Source: a virus. Taken from it: 64,000 bases of DNA. The stretch is from IMG/VR virus record IMGVR_UViG_3300035670_000022, positions 32,001-96,000 of that record, one strand, 5' to 3'. A model generated the notes under the pieces. That model saw only the letters and a list, made by a program, of their open reading frames with translations. It was not told the origin of the DNA and searched no databases. Positions 1-9,300 of this stretch are shown here, in pieces. How positions within the stretch are numbered: the stretch's first letter is position 1; every line of letters starts with the position of its first letter. The position numbers were made by a program, and so were the translations under genes.

Positions 1-643
1 CTTTAAACGTCTTACGAATGCGGATAGCAGCGTCTTTAGTAATAGAAGAAGCCAATCCTTGTACAGCGTGGTTCACTGCGCTTCTAGCTGGAGACTCTCC
101 GGACCCTTTTGCATTTGACTCATCTACGTAGCGCCAAGCACCGTAATAGGGAGTGATAGCATATCCTCTAGCAGCCGCGATGTTACCAAAGTTTTGAGCC
201 CAGCCGTGGAAGTTAGCGTAGGTTTTTTTGTGGTTTTCGACCCAGCCTTTGGCGACCTCTTCTTTGACGTAGTTGTTCTGGGAGATGGCAAGAGCGGTTG
301 CCATAAAAATGATAGAGAAGTTTAACCCCTTCGCAAGTTTTCTATCACCACTGTTATCCGCTAACTCTCGCCACTGGTCTTCAGGTACGTCTTTATATCG
401 TTCTGGATTGATACAATATACGGCACTTAAAGTGTGCATATCTGAGTATGGGTTGACATACTTTGTGCCATCAGGGCGAGTTAGGGTACTTTTCACCAGA
501 AACACTTCTGACATAGATTTGTCAGCAGATATGACAGAAGCAATCTGCGCTTCTTGGTTAGAGAAGTCTAGACTCGCAAGAATTTTACCCTTAGGTGCTA
601 CAAGTCCCATCCTCGGGCTTGCTAGCATTTTGATGTATCCCAC
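1..643 (-). CDS. polA: Family A DNA polymerase, C-terminal polymerase-domain part (runs off window edge)
   Basis: Not in the ORF track; translated by hand. GTG at 643 after AAGGAG gives MGYIKMLASPRMGLVAPKGKILASLDFSNQE (motif A)...DMHT...RKLAKGLNFSIIF (motif B)...RSAVNHAVQG, open to position 1. Confidence 0.9.
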   Translation of the reverse strand, partial: MGYIKMLASPRMGLVAPKGKILASLDFSNQEAQIASVISADKSMSEVFLVKSTLTRPDGTKYVNPYSDMHTLSAVYCINPERYKDVPEDQWRELADNSGDRKLAKGLNFSIIFMATALAISQNNYVKEEVAKGWVENHKKTYANFHGWAQNFGNIAAARGYAITPYYGAWRYVDESNAKGSGESPARSAVNHAVQGLASSITKDAAIRIRKTFK

Positions 644-881
644 GATTTAGCTCCTTTAGTCCTTTTTTTGTTAGTCGATAAGGCGCGCGTCCAACTATGC
701 AGTCCTTGCGTCTCAGACTTTCTAGTAGAGCCACGGTCTTTTCATGGGAAAAGCCGCAGTCTACAGGAAAGCCTAGTTCTTTATCCTGGGGAAAGGCGCT
801 AAGAACGAGATACTCTTCTTCACTTAGAGTGCTGAATCCGTATCCTTTCAAAGCAGCACCTCCACACAAGTTGGATGCCAA
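591..881 (-). CDS. Small winged-helix-like protein inserted between the two polA parts
   Basis: 96 aa. LSEEEYLVL...LLESLRRKDCI...YRLTKKG resembles a wHTH wing. Overlaps both polA parts. Confidence 0.6.
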   Translation of the reverse strand: MASNLCGGAALKGYGFSTLSEEEYLVLSAFPQDKELGFPVDCGFSHEKTVALLESLRRKDCIVGRAPYRLTKKGLKELNRGIHQNASKPEDGTCST

Positions 882-2257
882 GCATCCTCTTCTTTAATCT
901 CTATCTCAACCGTGCTCCGTCCTGTGACCTGTTGAAGGTTCGGGCGCTGGCAGCTTGACCGCGAAGTAGCGGCTCCAATAGTCGTTAGAGAGTAATGAAT
1001 ACGACCAGTGACTGGATTGATATACTTCAGCAGATTCATTCCTTCTTGCTTGGTGTATTTTTTAAAGTCAACGATTTTAGCAATGATAGGAGATATCTCT
1101 TTAAGTCTTCCCATCTCAAACATCTCTAATTCGGAAAACAGGTCTTGTTCGTCTTCGTTAATCAGGATCTCTCCTAGACGTTCTTTACCAACGATGTTTC
1201 CTTCTTTATCTTCGCTTTGGTCTACGAAGAGTCTATCAATGATGTCTAGCAGTCGAGTTAGAGTCGCTTTCTGGGTGTTGTCAATTTGTTTCAGTTTAAG
1301 AGCGCGATTAACCGCTTCTAGGAGACCAGAGCTGCTTCTTAGCTTCTTTAGAGTATCAGGCGTAGGGACTAACTCTCCTGTCCAGTCTAAAATCGGCTCT
1401 TCAATCCCTAAGTCTATACAGAGTTCTGCGCCGAGTTGTTTAACTCGTTGGGATACTTCTTGTTGATAAGCCTCTAGCATCGGTTTAGAAACGCCGATGC
1501 CGCGATACTCTATCTCAGCGGCGACGACTACATACTGCAATTCTATCTCTAACAACCTTTCTGCCCCTAGCCCCCATTCTGCTTCGTTATTATTTGAACC
1601 TAGTAATGGGCTGTTAGGGAGCGGATTAGTAATGGCTGGGCGGAGAATGTTCTCTAAAGGGAACAGGTACTTTACGTCATTAGCGGCGTAGGTTACCTTC
1701 TCTGCCCACCACTCATTGTCTAGATTGCGGTGGCTTACAGGCAGATACCAGGTACTCTCCCTTAAGTCTTTTTTACCGCTAATGTGAACATTAAGATGTT
1801 CACGGCATAGGTCTGCGTAGGCATGCCCTGTAAACTGTGCCGCTTTCGACCCAGTCGCATTGCCTAACATCTTGCTATAAATCATCGTGTCTCGAATGTT
1901 CTCTGGCATAAAGCCGAAGGTTGATTGTAAAAACTTTAAATCATACCTGGCATTGTGCCAGAGAGTGTACTCGATGTTTAATAGCAGCTGCTTTAGCGGT
2001 TCAAAGTCAACTTGGTGCTCTTCGAGCCACAGAATGTCTAGCACATAGGGGATTGTCTTTTTTCCTTTTAGAATCAGAAGACTGATCTTAGCTGTGTGGG
2101 GGTCTAGAGCAGACCCCCCTTTACCCTCCCATTCAGGAAGACAATAAGTTTCGGTATCAGCAGCTAGGCAGGTTGACTGCCCTAAGACTCGCAGACAATC
2201 AAGATACTGTTGAGGTGTTGTTACATACTCAAACTTCAGTTTTTGATTAGTCGTCAT
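848..2257 (-). CDS. polA: Family A DNA polymerase, N-terminal part (3'-5' exonuclease plus thumb/palm start)
   Basis: Exo I ADTET, Exo II HNARYD, Exo III YAAND. Ends TGRIHY...TSRSSCQRPNLQQV, then stops before motif A. Confidence 0.9.
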   Translation of the reverse strand: MTTNQKLKFEYVTTPQQYLDCLRVLGQSTCLAADTETYCLPEWEGKGGSALDPHTAKISLLILKGKKTIPYVLDILWLEEHQVDFEPLKQLLLNIEYTLWHNARYDLKFLQSTFGFMPENIRDTMIYSKMLGNATGSKAAQFTGHAYADLCREHLNVHISGKKDLRESTWYLPVSHRNLDNEWWAEKVTYAANDVKYLFPLENILRPAITNPLPNSPLLGSNNNEAEWGLGAERLLEIELQYVVVAAEIEYRGIGVSKPMLEAYQQEVSQRVKQLGAELCIDLGIEEPILDWTGELVPTPDTLKKLRSSSGLLEAVNRALKLKQIDNTQKATLTRLLDIIDRLFVDQSEDKEGNIVGKERLGEILINEDEQDLFSELEMFEMGRLKEISPIIAKIVDFKKYTKQEGMNLLKYINPVTGRIHYSLTTIGAATSRSSCQRPNLQQVTGRSTVEIEIKEEDAWHPTCVEVLL

Positions 2258-3290
2258 ACAAACTTGCTGCCTCCTCTTCTTCTTCTTTGTCTACGGTTTC
2301 GGCGCTATCTTTACCTAATTTGATACTTTCTAAGACTTGTTGATACAAGTACTCAAACAACGCAGCTTCTTCATTTAGATGCGCGGCGGACTTATCTAGG
2401 GTTCTTGGTAAAGCAGGTTCTATTTGTAGTGCCTCTGCCACTTCGGCTGCCAGCGTAAGATAGCCTCCAGCTTTCTGATGAATCAGACCCAGTTGAATAC
2501 AAGCATCTAAGAGAGACCGTCCGCGATCAACTTCTCTGTTATTTAGAATCAGAGAGGTTTTTTTAAGCGGGGTATAAGTCTTATTCTTGGATGTGATGAT
2601 GTTCTGCGTAATGCACTCTGGATTGTTCTTGTCTTTTTTAGCGCCGGTGACGTGTACAGAAATAGACTGCATAAACTTCAGAGCCGAACCACCTGGGTGG
2701 CTAGGAAGAGAATACATATCTTTAGAGGGGCGTTGTTGATTGATAAAGATGAGAACGCCTTCACACTGCTCTAATGTGATAATGATTTTTGACTGAAGTC
2801 TTTCTAACAGCCCGGCGATGCTAGAGACGTCTCTGTACGTAGAGTCTTTTAGCATTTCGTCTAGGACTTTCTTCGGGCGTAAATAGGGGACTGAATCAAT
2901 AACAGCAATTTCTGCACCTTCCATTAAGGCATCTAGGGCGGTGTCGATTGCATCTTCGCCTCCAACTGGACGATAGAAAACCAGTCGGTCTTTGTCTATT
3001 TGGTGGACATCTAGATCCTCTTGGGTGATAGTCATCTCCGCATCTACGTATAGATAATTTCCTTCTGGATTACGAAGTTGACGTCCTTTAATGATAGATA
3101 GACTTAGAGCTGACTTTCCTGTGGACTCAGGCCCCCAGATTTGCATAACTCGTCCAATGGGCAAACCGCCCCCTAGAATACTGTCTAATCCTGCGATACC
3201 TGTCGGTAGACGCTCTAAATACCCCAATTCAGCGCCAGAGACTAGACCTCTTTTACAGCGTTTCAGTAGACGTTTTTTGAATTCGCTCAT
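2247..3290 (-). CDS. recA: RecA/UvsX-like recombinase
   Basis: PTGIAGLDSILGGGLPIGR, Walker A GPESTGKS, VDAE, VIDSV, IFINQ, PGGSALKF, KNKT. Confidence 0.93.
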   Translation of the reverse strand: MSEFKKRLLKRCKRGLVSGAELGYLERLPTGIAGLDSILGGGLPIGRVMQIWGPESTGKSALSLSIIKGRQLRNPEGNYLYVDAEMTITQEDLDVHQIDKDRLVFYRPVGGEDAIDTALDALMEGAEIAVIDSVPYLRPKKVLDEMLKDSTYRDVSSIAGLLERLQSKIIITLEQCEGVLIFINQQRPSKDMYSLPSHPGGSALKFMQSISVHVTGAKKDKNNPECITQNIITSKNKTYTPLKKTSLILNNREVDRGRSLLDACIQLGLIHQKAGGYLTLAAEVAEALQIEPALPRTLDKSAAHLNEEAALFEYLYQQVLESIKLGKDSAETVDKEEEEEAASLYDD

Positions 3291-3780
3291 TTTTGTGTAG
3301 TGAAATTTTTAATCTGGCTAGTATGTCTGTGAATGTTCCTTCTTCAAGCATATAGACGGTTTGTCGTGTGCCTAAAGGGGTCTCTATCTCTATAGCGTAG
3401 ACGTCTATACCTTGTTTCTTACCTTTGGTTAGTTCTTCCCAAGTCAGGTTCCAGCTCTTTCTGCTGCCCCGACGTTTAACCTCTACTCGTAGATCTTCTA
3501 ACACGCATAGATCTCCGTCTCCCAGAGCGGCGCCGCTTCTTAATGTCTGTTTTGCGATTTGCCTCTCTACTGTTTTTTCTGTTTGTTTAGCTTGTCGCTG
3601 AAGACGCCGATTGGTTCTAACTCTGTCCTCACAGGGATGGGTAGCCAAGTGTTGCTCTTCGTTTATAGGGTCATAGTGTAACGTCTTTGCCCTAGGAACC
3701 ATAGCTTTGCACCGTCTACAACGGATCATAGCATGGGAACAATTATTGTAAAACTCATCGGGACAGGATGCTAACGACAT
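3253..3780 (-). CDS. PD-(D/E)XK nuclease, Holliday-junction-resolvase-like, with Cys-rich N-terminus
   Basis: E...SGA..GDGDL...VEVK pattern; adjacent to recA. Confidence 0.6.
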   Translation of the reverse strand: MSLASCPDEFYNNCSHAMIRCRRCKAMVPRAKTLHYDPINEEQHLATHPCEDRVRTNRRLQRQAKQTEKTVERQIAKQTLRSGAALGDGDLCVLEDLRVEVKRRGSRKSWNLTWEELTKGKKQGIDVYAIEIETPLGTRQTVYMLEEGTFTDILARLKISLHKNERIQKTSTETL

Positions 3781-3810
3781 TAGACTTGGTTTAGAATTTG
3801 GAGTTTGTAA

Positions 3811-4239
3811 ATGACTTACACTGTTGTAGCTTCATCTCGGATTTATAGCTCCGATGATATCAATACGCAAAGAACAGACTTTAAGCTACCGTTGACGGAG
3901 TTTAGAGACGTTAGGACTGTTCAGCTGCCTAACGTTTTAAACTTTAACCTCGAAGAGAATACTACGTTTACGGTGGACTTGACGCAACACGGAACCTATC
4001 TGCGGATTCTAGCTTTGAAGTCCACTCGTCCAGTCGGATTGGAGTTGGTAACTGCTCAGGCTACCTACACTTATCCACCTATGACGTATTTTCAACAACT
4101 TTATGACAGTCCAGAACCTATGAGTGTCTCTCCTACTGCTTTGAACATTATTGTTCCGGCAGCGGCGACTGCTTCCATAAGTCCAGCCCCACCGAGATAC
4201 CCTAGGGCGCTGGTGGAGCTGTTTGTCTTTGCGGAGTAG
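3811..4239 (+). CDS. Hypothetical protein (opposite strand to the replication operon)
   Basis: 142-aa ORF preceded by GGAG and a TAGACT-N5-TAG motif. Confidence 0.6.
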   Translation: MTYTVVASSRIYSSDDINTQRTDFKLPLTEFRDVRTVQLPNVLNFNLEENTTFTVDLTQHGTYLRILALKSTRPVGLELVTAQATYTYPPMTYFQQLYDSPEPMSVSPTALNIIVPAAATASISPAPPRYPRALVELFVFAE

Positions 4240-4818
4240 TTACCACTTAAACTTCATCACCATATCGAAGACGTCGTCTTTCGTTAGGTTTAAGAATCTT
4301 AGGTGCTTAAGTTGCTCGTAAGTGTCTTCGACAGCGGAGATGCCTGCTTCGTTTAAAACATCGGCGGGGATGTAGTCTCTTTCCTCATCATAGGTAAATC
4401 CTGATAGGAAACAAGTCATTCTCATTACTGGTTGGTAATACTGAAGCACAAGTCCGTAAGCAAGATCGTCAGGCAGCGTTTTATCTTTAGGGTAAAGAAG
4501 ATCTAACCTGTCTTTATCTCCTTCTGTACACAGCCAACTATACGCAGCTGCTTCTAGAAATACTCGGTTCCAATCTTCCTCGATAGTGTGACCAAAATAC
4601 TCATTAAAATCCTCCTTTAGACCTAAAATCTCAAATTGGTGTTCAGCCATACGGTACATTACAGTCTTGTACCAGTTTCTTTTTGCAACATACTCCACGT
4701 TAGGAAGATACTTGTCAAAAGGTAGCCCTGATTTTTTGTGTTCTACGCAAACTTTAAGAAGTCGTTCTTTAATTAAAGATACAGGGATTTTAACGTAGGA
4801 AAAGTCGAGTGTCTGCAT
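4240..4818 (-). CDS. Hypothetical protein
   Basis: 192-aa ORF tiled in the operon. Confidence 0.7.
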   Translation of the reverse strand: MQTLDFSYVKIPVSLIKERLLKVCVEHKKSGLPFDKYLPNVEYVAKRNWYKTVMYRMAEHQFEILGLKEDFNEYFGHTIEEDWNRVFLEAAAYSWLCTEGDKDRLDLLYPKDKTLPDDLAYGLVLQYYQPVMRMTCFLSGFTYDEERDYIPADVLNEAGISAVEDTYEQLKHLRFLNLTKDDVFDMVMKFKW

Positions 4819-4833
4819 ATGTGTCCGCCACCC

Positions 4834-5241
4834 TTAGTAATTGATAGCAGCGTAACACAGATCGTACACCTTCTTCAATGTATGCAGACTCAACTCTAAC
4901 CGTTCAATTTCATGTCTTACAGTAGGCAGCTCTTTGTTATTAAGCTGTCGCCATTCTTCACTTTCAATCTTTAATGAATTGATAGCAGCTTTTCTTTGAG
5001 TTTCATTAGTAAGTCGTTTATCTTGAACTACTAATAGCTGCATAGAATTCTCTATTTCTGTGAGTTCTTGTTCTAAATCAACCTGCTGGCGCTTCATCTC
5101 TTGTTGTTCATGCTGCAGTTCTATCATTTTCTTTAGGCTTATAGCAGCTTGCTTCCAGTAGTATTCTTTCTTTAGAAGAGAGTCAGTCTCGCTTAGCTTC
5201 AGACTCTCTTCTATAAACGTCTGCATGTCTTCGTAACCCAT
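4834..5241 (-). CDS. Coiled-coil protein (possible recombination mediator)
   Basis: 135-aa helical ORF in the recA/polA operon; function is inferred from context only. Confidence 0.6.
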   Translation of the reverse strand: MGYEDMQTFIEESLKLSETDSLLKKEYYWKQAAISLKKMIELQHEQQEMKRQQVDLEQELTEIENSMQLLVVQDKRLTNETQRKAAINSLKIESEEWRQLNNKELPTVRHEIERLELSLHTLKKVYDLCYAAINY

Positions 5242-5243
5242 AG

Positions 5244-5633
5244 TTAGTCGGATAGTAAAGTGGATACTTGACTAAGGACGGCACTAAGACTTTCAAGAGT
5301 GTCTTTATATTCTCCCAACTCTTCGAAACTACTAAACAGCGCAGTGCGCTTCTTCAGTAACTGTTCGAGGTTGTACTCTATACCTTCAGCGGATTCTTTT
5401 TCAGCTTCTAGTTGCTCTTTTAAACCCGGAAGGGAGTTGGTCAACTCTTGAATTTGGCGTTCAGTGTCGCTTAGTTTAGCCTCGATACCTTCAACTACTT
5501 GTAGTTGCTCTTCGTAGGCTGCCTCAAACGACGCGATGGATGTGTCTATCTCCTCTCTTTCTGGACTAGACAGGACTTTCTGCTGTATCTCAAGCAGTTT
5601 TTGAACAGCTTCTAAGGTTTTGGTTGTTTCCAT
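5244..5633 (-). CDS. Coiled-coil protein, first gene of the replication operon
   Basis: 129-aa heptad-rich ORF directly downstream of the 14-bp motif. Confidence 0.7.
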   Translation of the reverse strand: METTKTLEAVQKLLEIQQKVLSSPEREEIDTSIASFEAAYEEQLQVVEGIEAKLSDTERQIQELTNSLPGLKEQLEAEKESAEGIEYNLEQLLKKRTALFSSFEELGEYKDTLESLSAVLSQVSTLLSD

Positions 5634-5655
5634 AGTTAAGTGTTTTTTTGTCTTT

Positions 5656-5669
5656 TACTCTTCTCTGTT
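5656..5669 (-). promoter_or_regulatory. Putative phage promoter AACAGAGAAGAGTA
   Basis: Exact copy of the recurrent motif, about 22 nt upstream of the ATG at 5633. Confidence 0.75.
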
Positions 5670-5771
5670 TTGTCTAAACACAGTATTGCCCATAGAAGAG
5701 AGAATGTATTCGCTGATAGCACAGCGAACTATGCCAAGCTAGGCTTAGGTTCCAAGCAGCGGCAATAGCGA

Positions 5772-6314
5772 ATGTTTAGAAATCCAATTCCCCAACCTAA
5801 CGGTTTGGAGCTGGTCTACAAAGGAGAGTTCGAGCAGGATCCAGCGTCTGATTTTGTCGTCGACTTTGTTGATAAGCATAACCACAACATGGAGCATCTC
5901 GATAATGCTCTAGGGGACATCGCTGTTTTGAGAGCAGAGATGGCAATACTCGCTGCTCGGGGGTTGTTAAGTGGCTTCGTTAATGGCGGGTTAGCTGGAA
6001 CACCGCCTTCTGTAGAGGAAGAAAATCCGTTGAGTATTTCAAAGATGTATGTCACGCCGATTACTTACAAGGATACGTTGCCGGTTTTATCAGATGGCGA
6101 CTCAGACCCTGGGCTGCCTTCCGATCCCTGTCGCTCTTCTGTTAATCCTTATATGGTTCTTTATGGTGGCATAGACCCACCTCATTTACAGTTTGAAGAC
6201 CTAGACACTTCTAGTGATCCAGAAGACCCGTGTCCACATGGAGATGACTTTGCTGATCCTAATGACCAACCTGTTGAGGATGAAGGACATAATCCGGATG
6301 GGGGTGTTTACTAA
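5772..6314 (+). CDS. Hypothetical acidic/Pro-rich protein, probably structural
   Basis: 180-aa ORF heading the tail gene block. Confidence 0.65.
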   Translation: MFRNPIPQPNGLELVYKGEFEQDPASDFVVDFVDKHNHNMEHLDNALGDIAVLRAEMAILAARGLLSGFVNGGLAGTPPSVEEENPLSISKMYVTPITYKDTLPVLSDGDSDPGLPSDPCRSSVNPYMVLYGGIDPPHLQFEDLDTSSDPEDPCPHGDDFADPNDQPVEDEGHNPDGGVY

Positions 6315-6381
6315 TAGGTTGATAAAGACGTAGTCAGAATAGTGCGACACTTGATTTAGATTTCAAATCCGTTTTTGCGAT

Positions 6382-9300
6382 ATGAACTGCCCTACAGGAT
6401 TTCTTTGGTATCAGAAAGAAGAGAATCGGTTCCTTCTTAACGAGTCACAAACGCCAGATGGCTGGGCGCCTCTACCAGTCTCTGTTCATCCTAAGGACTT
6501 GAGTAAGGAAGATTTAGAGGCGTTAGCGGAGTCTATCAGCCGAGGAAGTCAATATACTATCCACGTTGACAAGAATTGTCCGTACGCTTCAGACGCTAAG
6601 GACAATAGAGGCAACTCTAGGTTTAGACCTTTTCGCTCTATTGAGCGGGCTTTAATAGAAGCGGCGCGGCGATCGTTCGTCGTCGGTAACACTGCTTCTG
6701 GTGGAGCGGATATAACCCAACGAATTTCTATTCATGTAGCTGCTGGAGAATATGAAGTTGAGAATGGCTACGGCGGACAAATATTTCAATCTGACTTTGA
6801 TCAACGCCAGGACGCAGCGAAGCTGTTAATTGCTAACCGCGACTATCTGGTAGAAGTTGCTTACACTTCCTATCAATCTGACCCGTTGTTTGCCCAAGTG
6901 TTGACAGAGGCTGAAGTGCTAGCCTGCAAGCGGGATTTAAGCTTCTTTGTTGATGCAGTCGCTAAAGACATTGCCGACACTGGCAACTTCTTTATGGTTC
7001 AGGCGGCTCGGACTCTTTTTACCACGCCGGGTGCGTTCATTCCTGCTTACTCTTCTTCTCCTAAACGGCAGAGTACTTTGGAGGCTATTCGGGTATTAAG
7101 AGAAGTATCTCGAGTTGTTATTAAGAATCAAGCGGAAGAGAGTAAAGGTGGGATTAGACTGCGGCATATCACTCCTGACCCGACTTCACTTACGAATCCG
7201 TATCAGGAGATTCAACTAGTCTCAGACAGTCTTTATGACATTCTGATTGATACTTTAAGTGGCTCAGTTGACCCGTTTGCTCTAGAGGTTAATCCAGGAA
7301 GCGATACAGCGAACTTCCCTAATGAGGGAGAGCCTGACGACAGAACACTGCGAGCATACAACAGCGTATACACCCCAGGAATTATTCTTCCTAGAGGTGT
7401 CTCTATTATTGGCTCTGACTTACGTAAAGTCATCATCCGTCCCAAGTATGTGCCTGCGGCCCATGATACGACAGTTGGTCGATCAGCAATCTTTAGGATG
7501 ACTGGCGGGAACTTCATATCTGGGCTCACTATCATGGATAAGAGTGGGCTATCGGAGTCGCATCACAAACTTTCCTGTTTTGAGTTCTGCACTAACGGTG
7601 ATCTTGTTTCCTATTACAACAAGGTTGCTTTAGCCTTCCAAGATAGCTCTAAGTTTAACCGTCTTCAAGATGCTGCTGGCTTGATCAAGGCAAACATCAG
7701 TTGGATTCAGAAGAAGACGTTTAAGTCTTTTGTGGCAGAGACTAGTAATCAGAAGAAATATCTAAACATATTTGAGGCTGAGATACCTGGGTTGTTAGCA
7801 GCTATTGCTATTAACTGCACCAAATTCGGTAACGAAGCAGTCTTAGACTTTGCTGACCGCTTTAAGAGATATCATATCGATCCTATTGAAGATCAGGCTG
7901 CTCTAGACAATGCTTTGGTCTTTTACTCTTCTCTGTTTTCACAGTTAGAGTTATATCTGCGTAAGGCTGTGACTAATGAGGCTAATCCGGCAGAGGGTGG
8001 TTATATCGACGAACGCATTAAAACCGACGCGGCTAGTCCGTCTAACCCATGTCAGGATGTGCAGTCTATTATTAACACCTTTATAGATATCATCCTTAAT
8101 ACTCTTAGAGGGGCAACTATTCCCAGAGTTGGTTTCTTTCCTTGGACGGTATTTGATGTTGGTCCTACGGCTTCTGAAAACCAAATTGTAGGTGCTGCTG
8201 GTCAGAATCCGATTGAAGGCGCTTCTCCTTATGTCTACTCAGTCACCCTCCGCAGCCGCTGGGGGATGTGCGGCATCGATGGGGATGGGAGTATTGTCAC
8301 CGGGCTTAAGTCTTTTCTTGCGGCTCAGTTTACTGTTATCTCGATGCAGTCTGATACTCGGTGTTTCACTGCGCTAGACGTTTTAGGAGAGGTAGAAAAA
8401 CGTTATATAGGGACTCGCGCTGCGGATGCGTCTGACTATCGCCACTTTGGCTATAGAGCGACCAATGGAGCCTACGCGCAGTTGGTTAGTTGCTTCTGTA
8501 TTGCTCCTGCAATCCATTTTTGGACAGCTAGTGGTGGTGAGATGTCCATTACAAATAGCACCAGTAACTTTGGGGATGTAGCTCTCTATGCTGAAGGGTT
8601 CTTAAAGAACGGAGAGGGCGGGGGAGCCTATCCTCAAGACCAGGGACACCGTCTTCTGGGTATTAAGAAGCCTAAGGCAGTTAGCCTCATTGAACGGATT
8701 TTTGTCCTGGGTTATCTAAAAGCAGGGGGCACTACGGTAGACCCTTCTGATAGCGCCAAGGGGACGATTACTATTACAGGCGAGGCTAATACCCACGGTT
8801 ATAACATTACTAACCCTGAGTACCCAACTCGTATTTACGCTCGGGTCTCTGGGGGTGTAGTAGCCGCAGAAGTTATTTCTCACAGTCTTAATTCTAATAA
8901 TGAGACAGTCTTTGAAGTAAAGTATATCGATAACTACGCGCTGAACTGGGTGGCTTCTGAGTACGACGTTAATTACCGTCGTGGATTAATTGGGTCTGCC
9001 ATCTATTTTGAGCGCTATGTCGATGTCCGCAGCTATGAAGATACTCTTTATCATTTAATTATTGAAAAGGCACAATCTTCTACAGAGAAGCGTCGGGAGC
9101 CTGTTTCAAAATACATTTTGCGGCTTTCTAGCGTAGCTAGTGCTCTTGACCAGCCTTTTCGCTCTATGTGGGATCCTACTAGAGGGCGGGCTCCGCTGTA
9201 TTTTATTAATAGTGCGACTGAGACTACTGCGATTCAGCCCTTCGAAGGCAAGACGAACTACGAGTTAACACCTTTATCTGCTTACTCTAATATTGAGCGG

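Noticed and set aside
273-650. 125-aa plus-strand ORF from the track
   Set aside because: Antisense shadow of the polA C-terminal gene, which the track missed because it runs off the window edge.
640-930. Intein or group I intron in polA
   Set aside because: No intein terminal residues or recognisable intron core. The gap encodes a plausible protein and the downstream part has its own RBS. Not excluded without RT-PCR.
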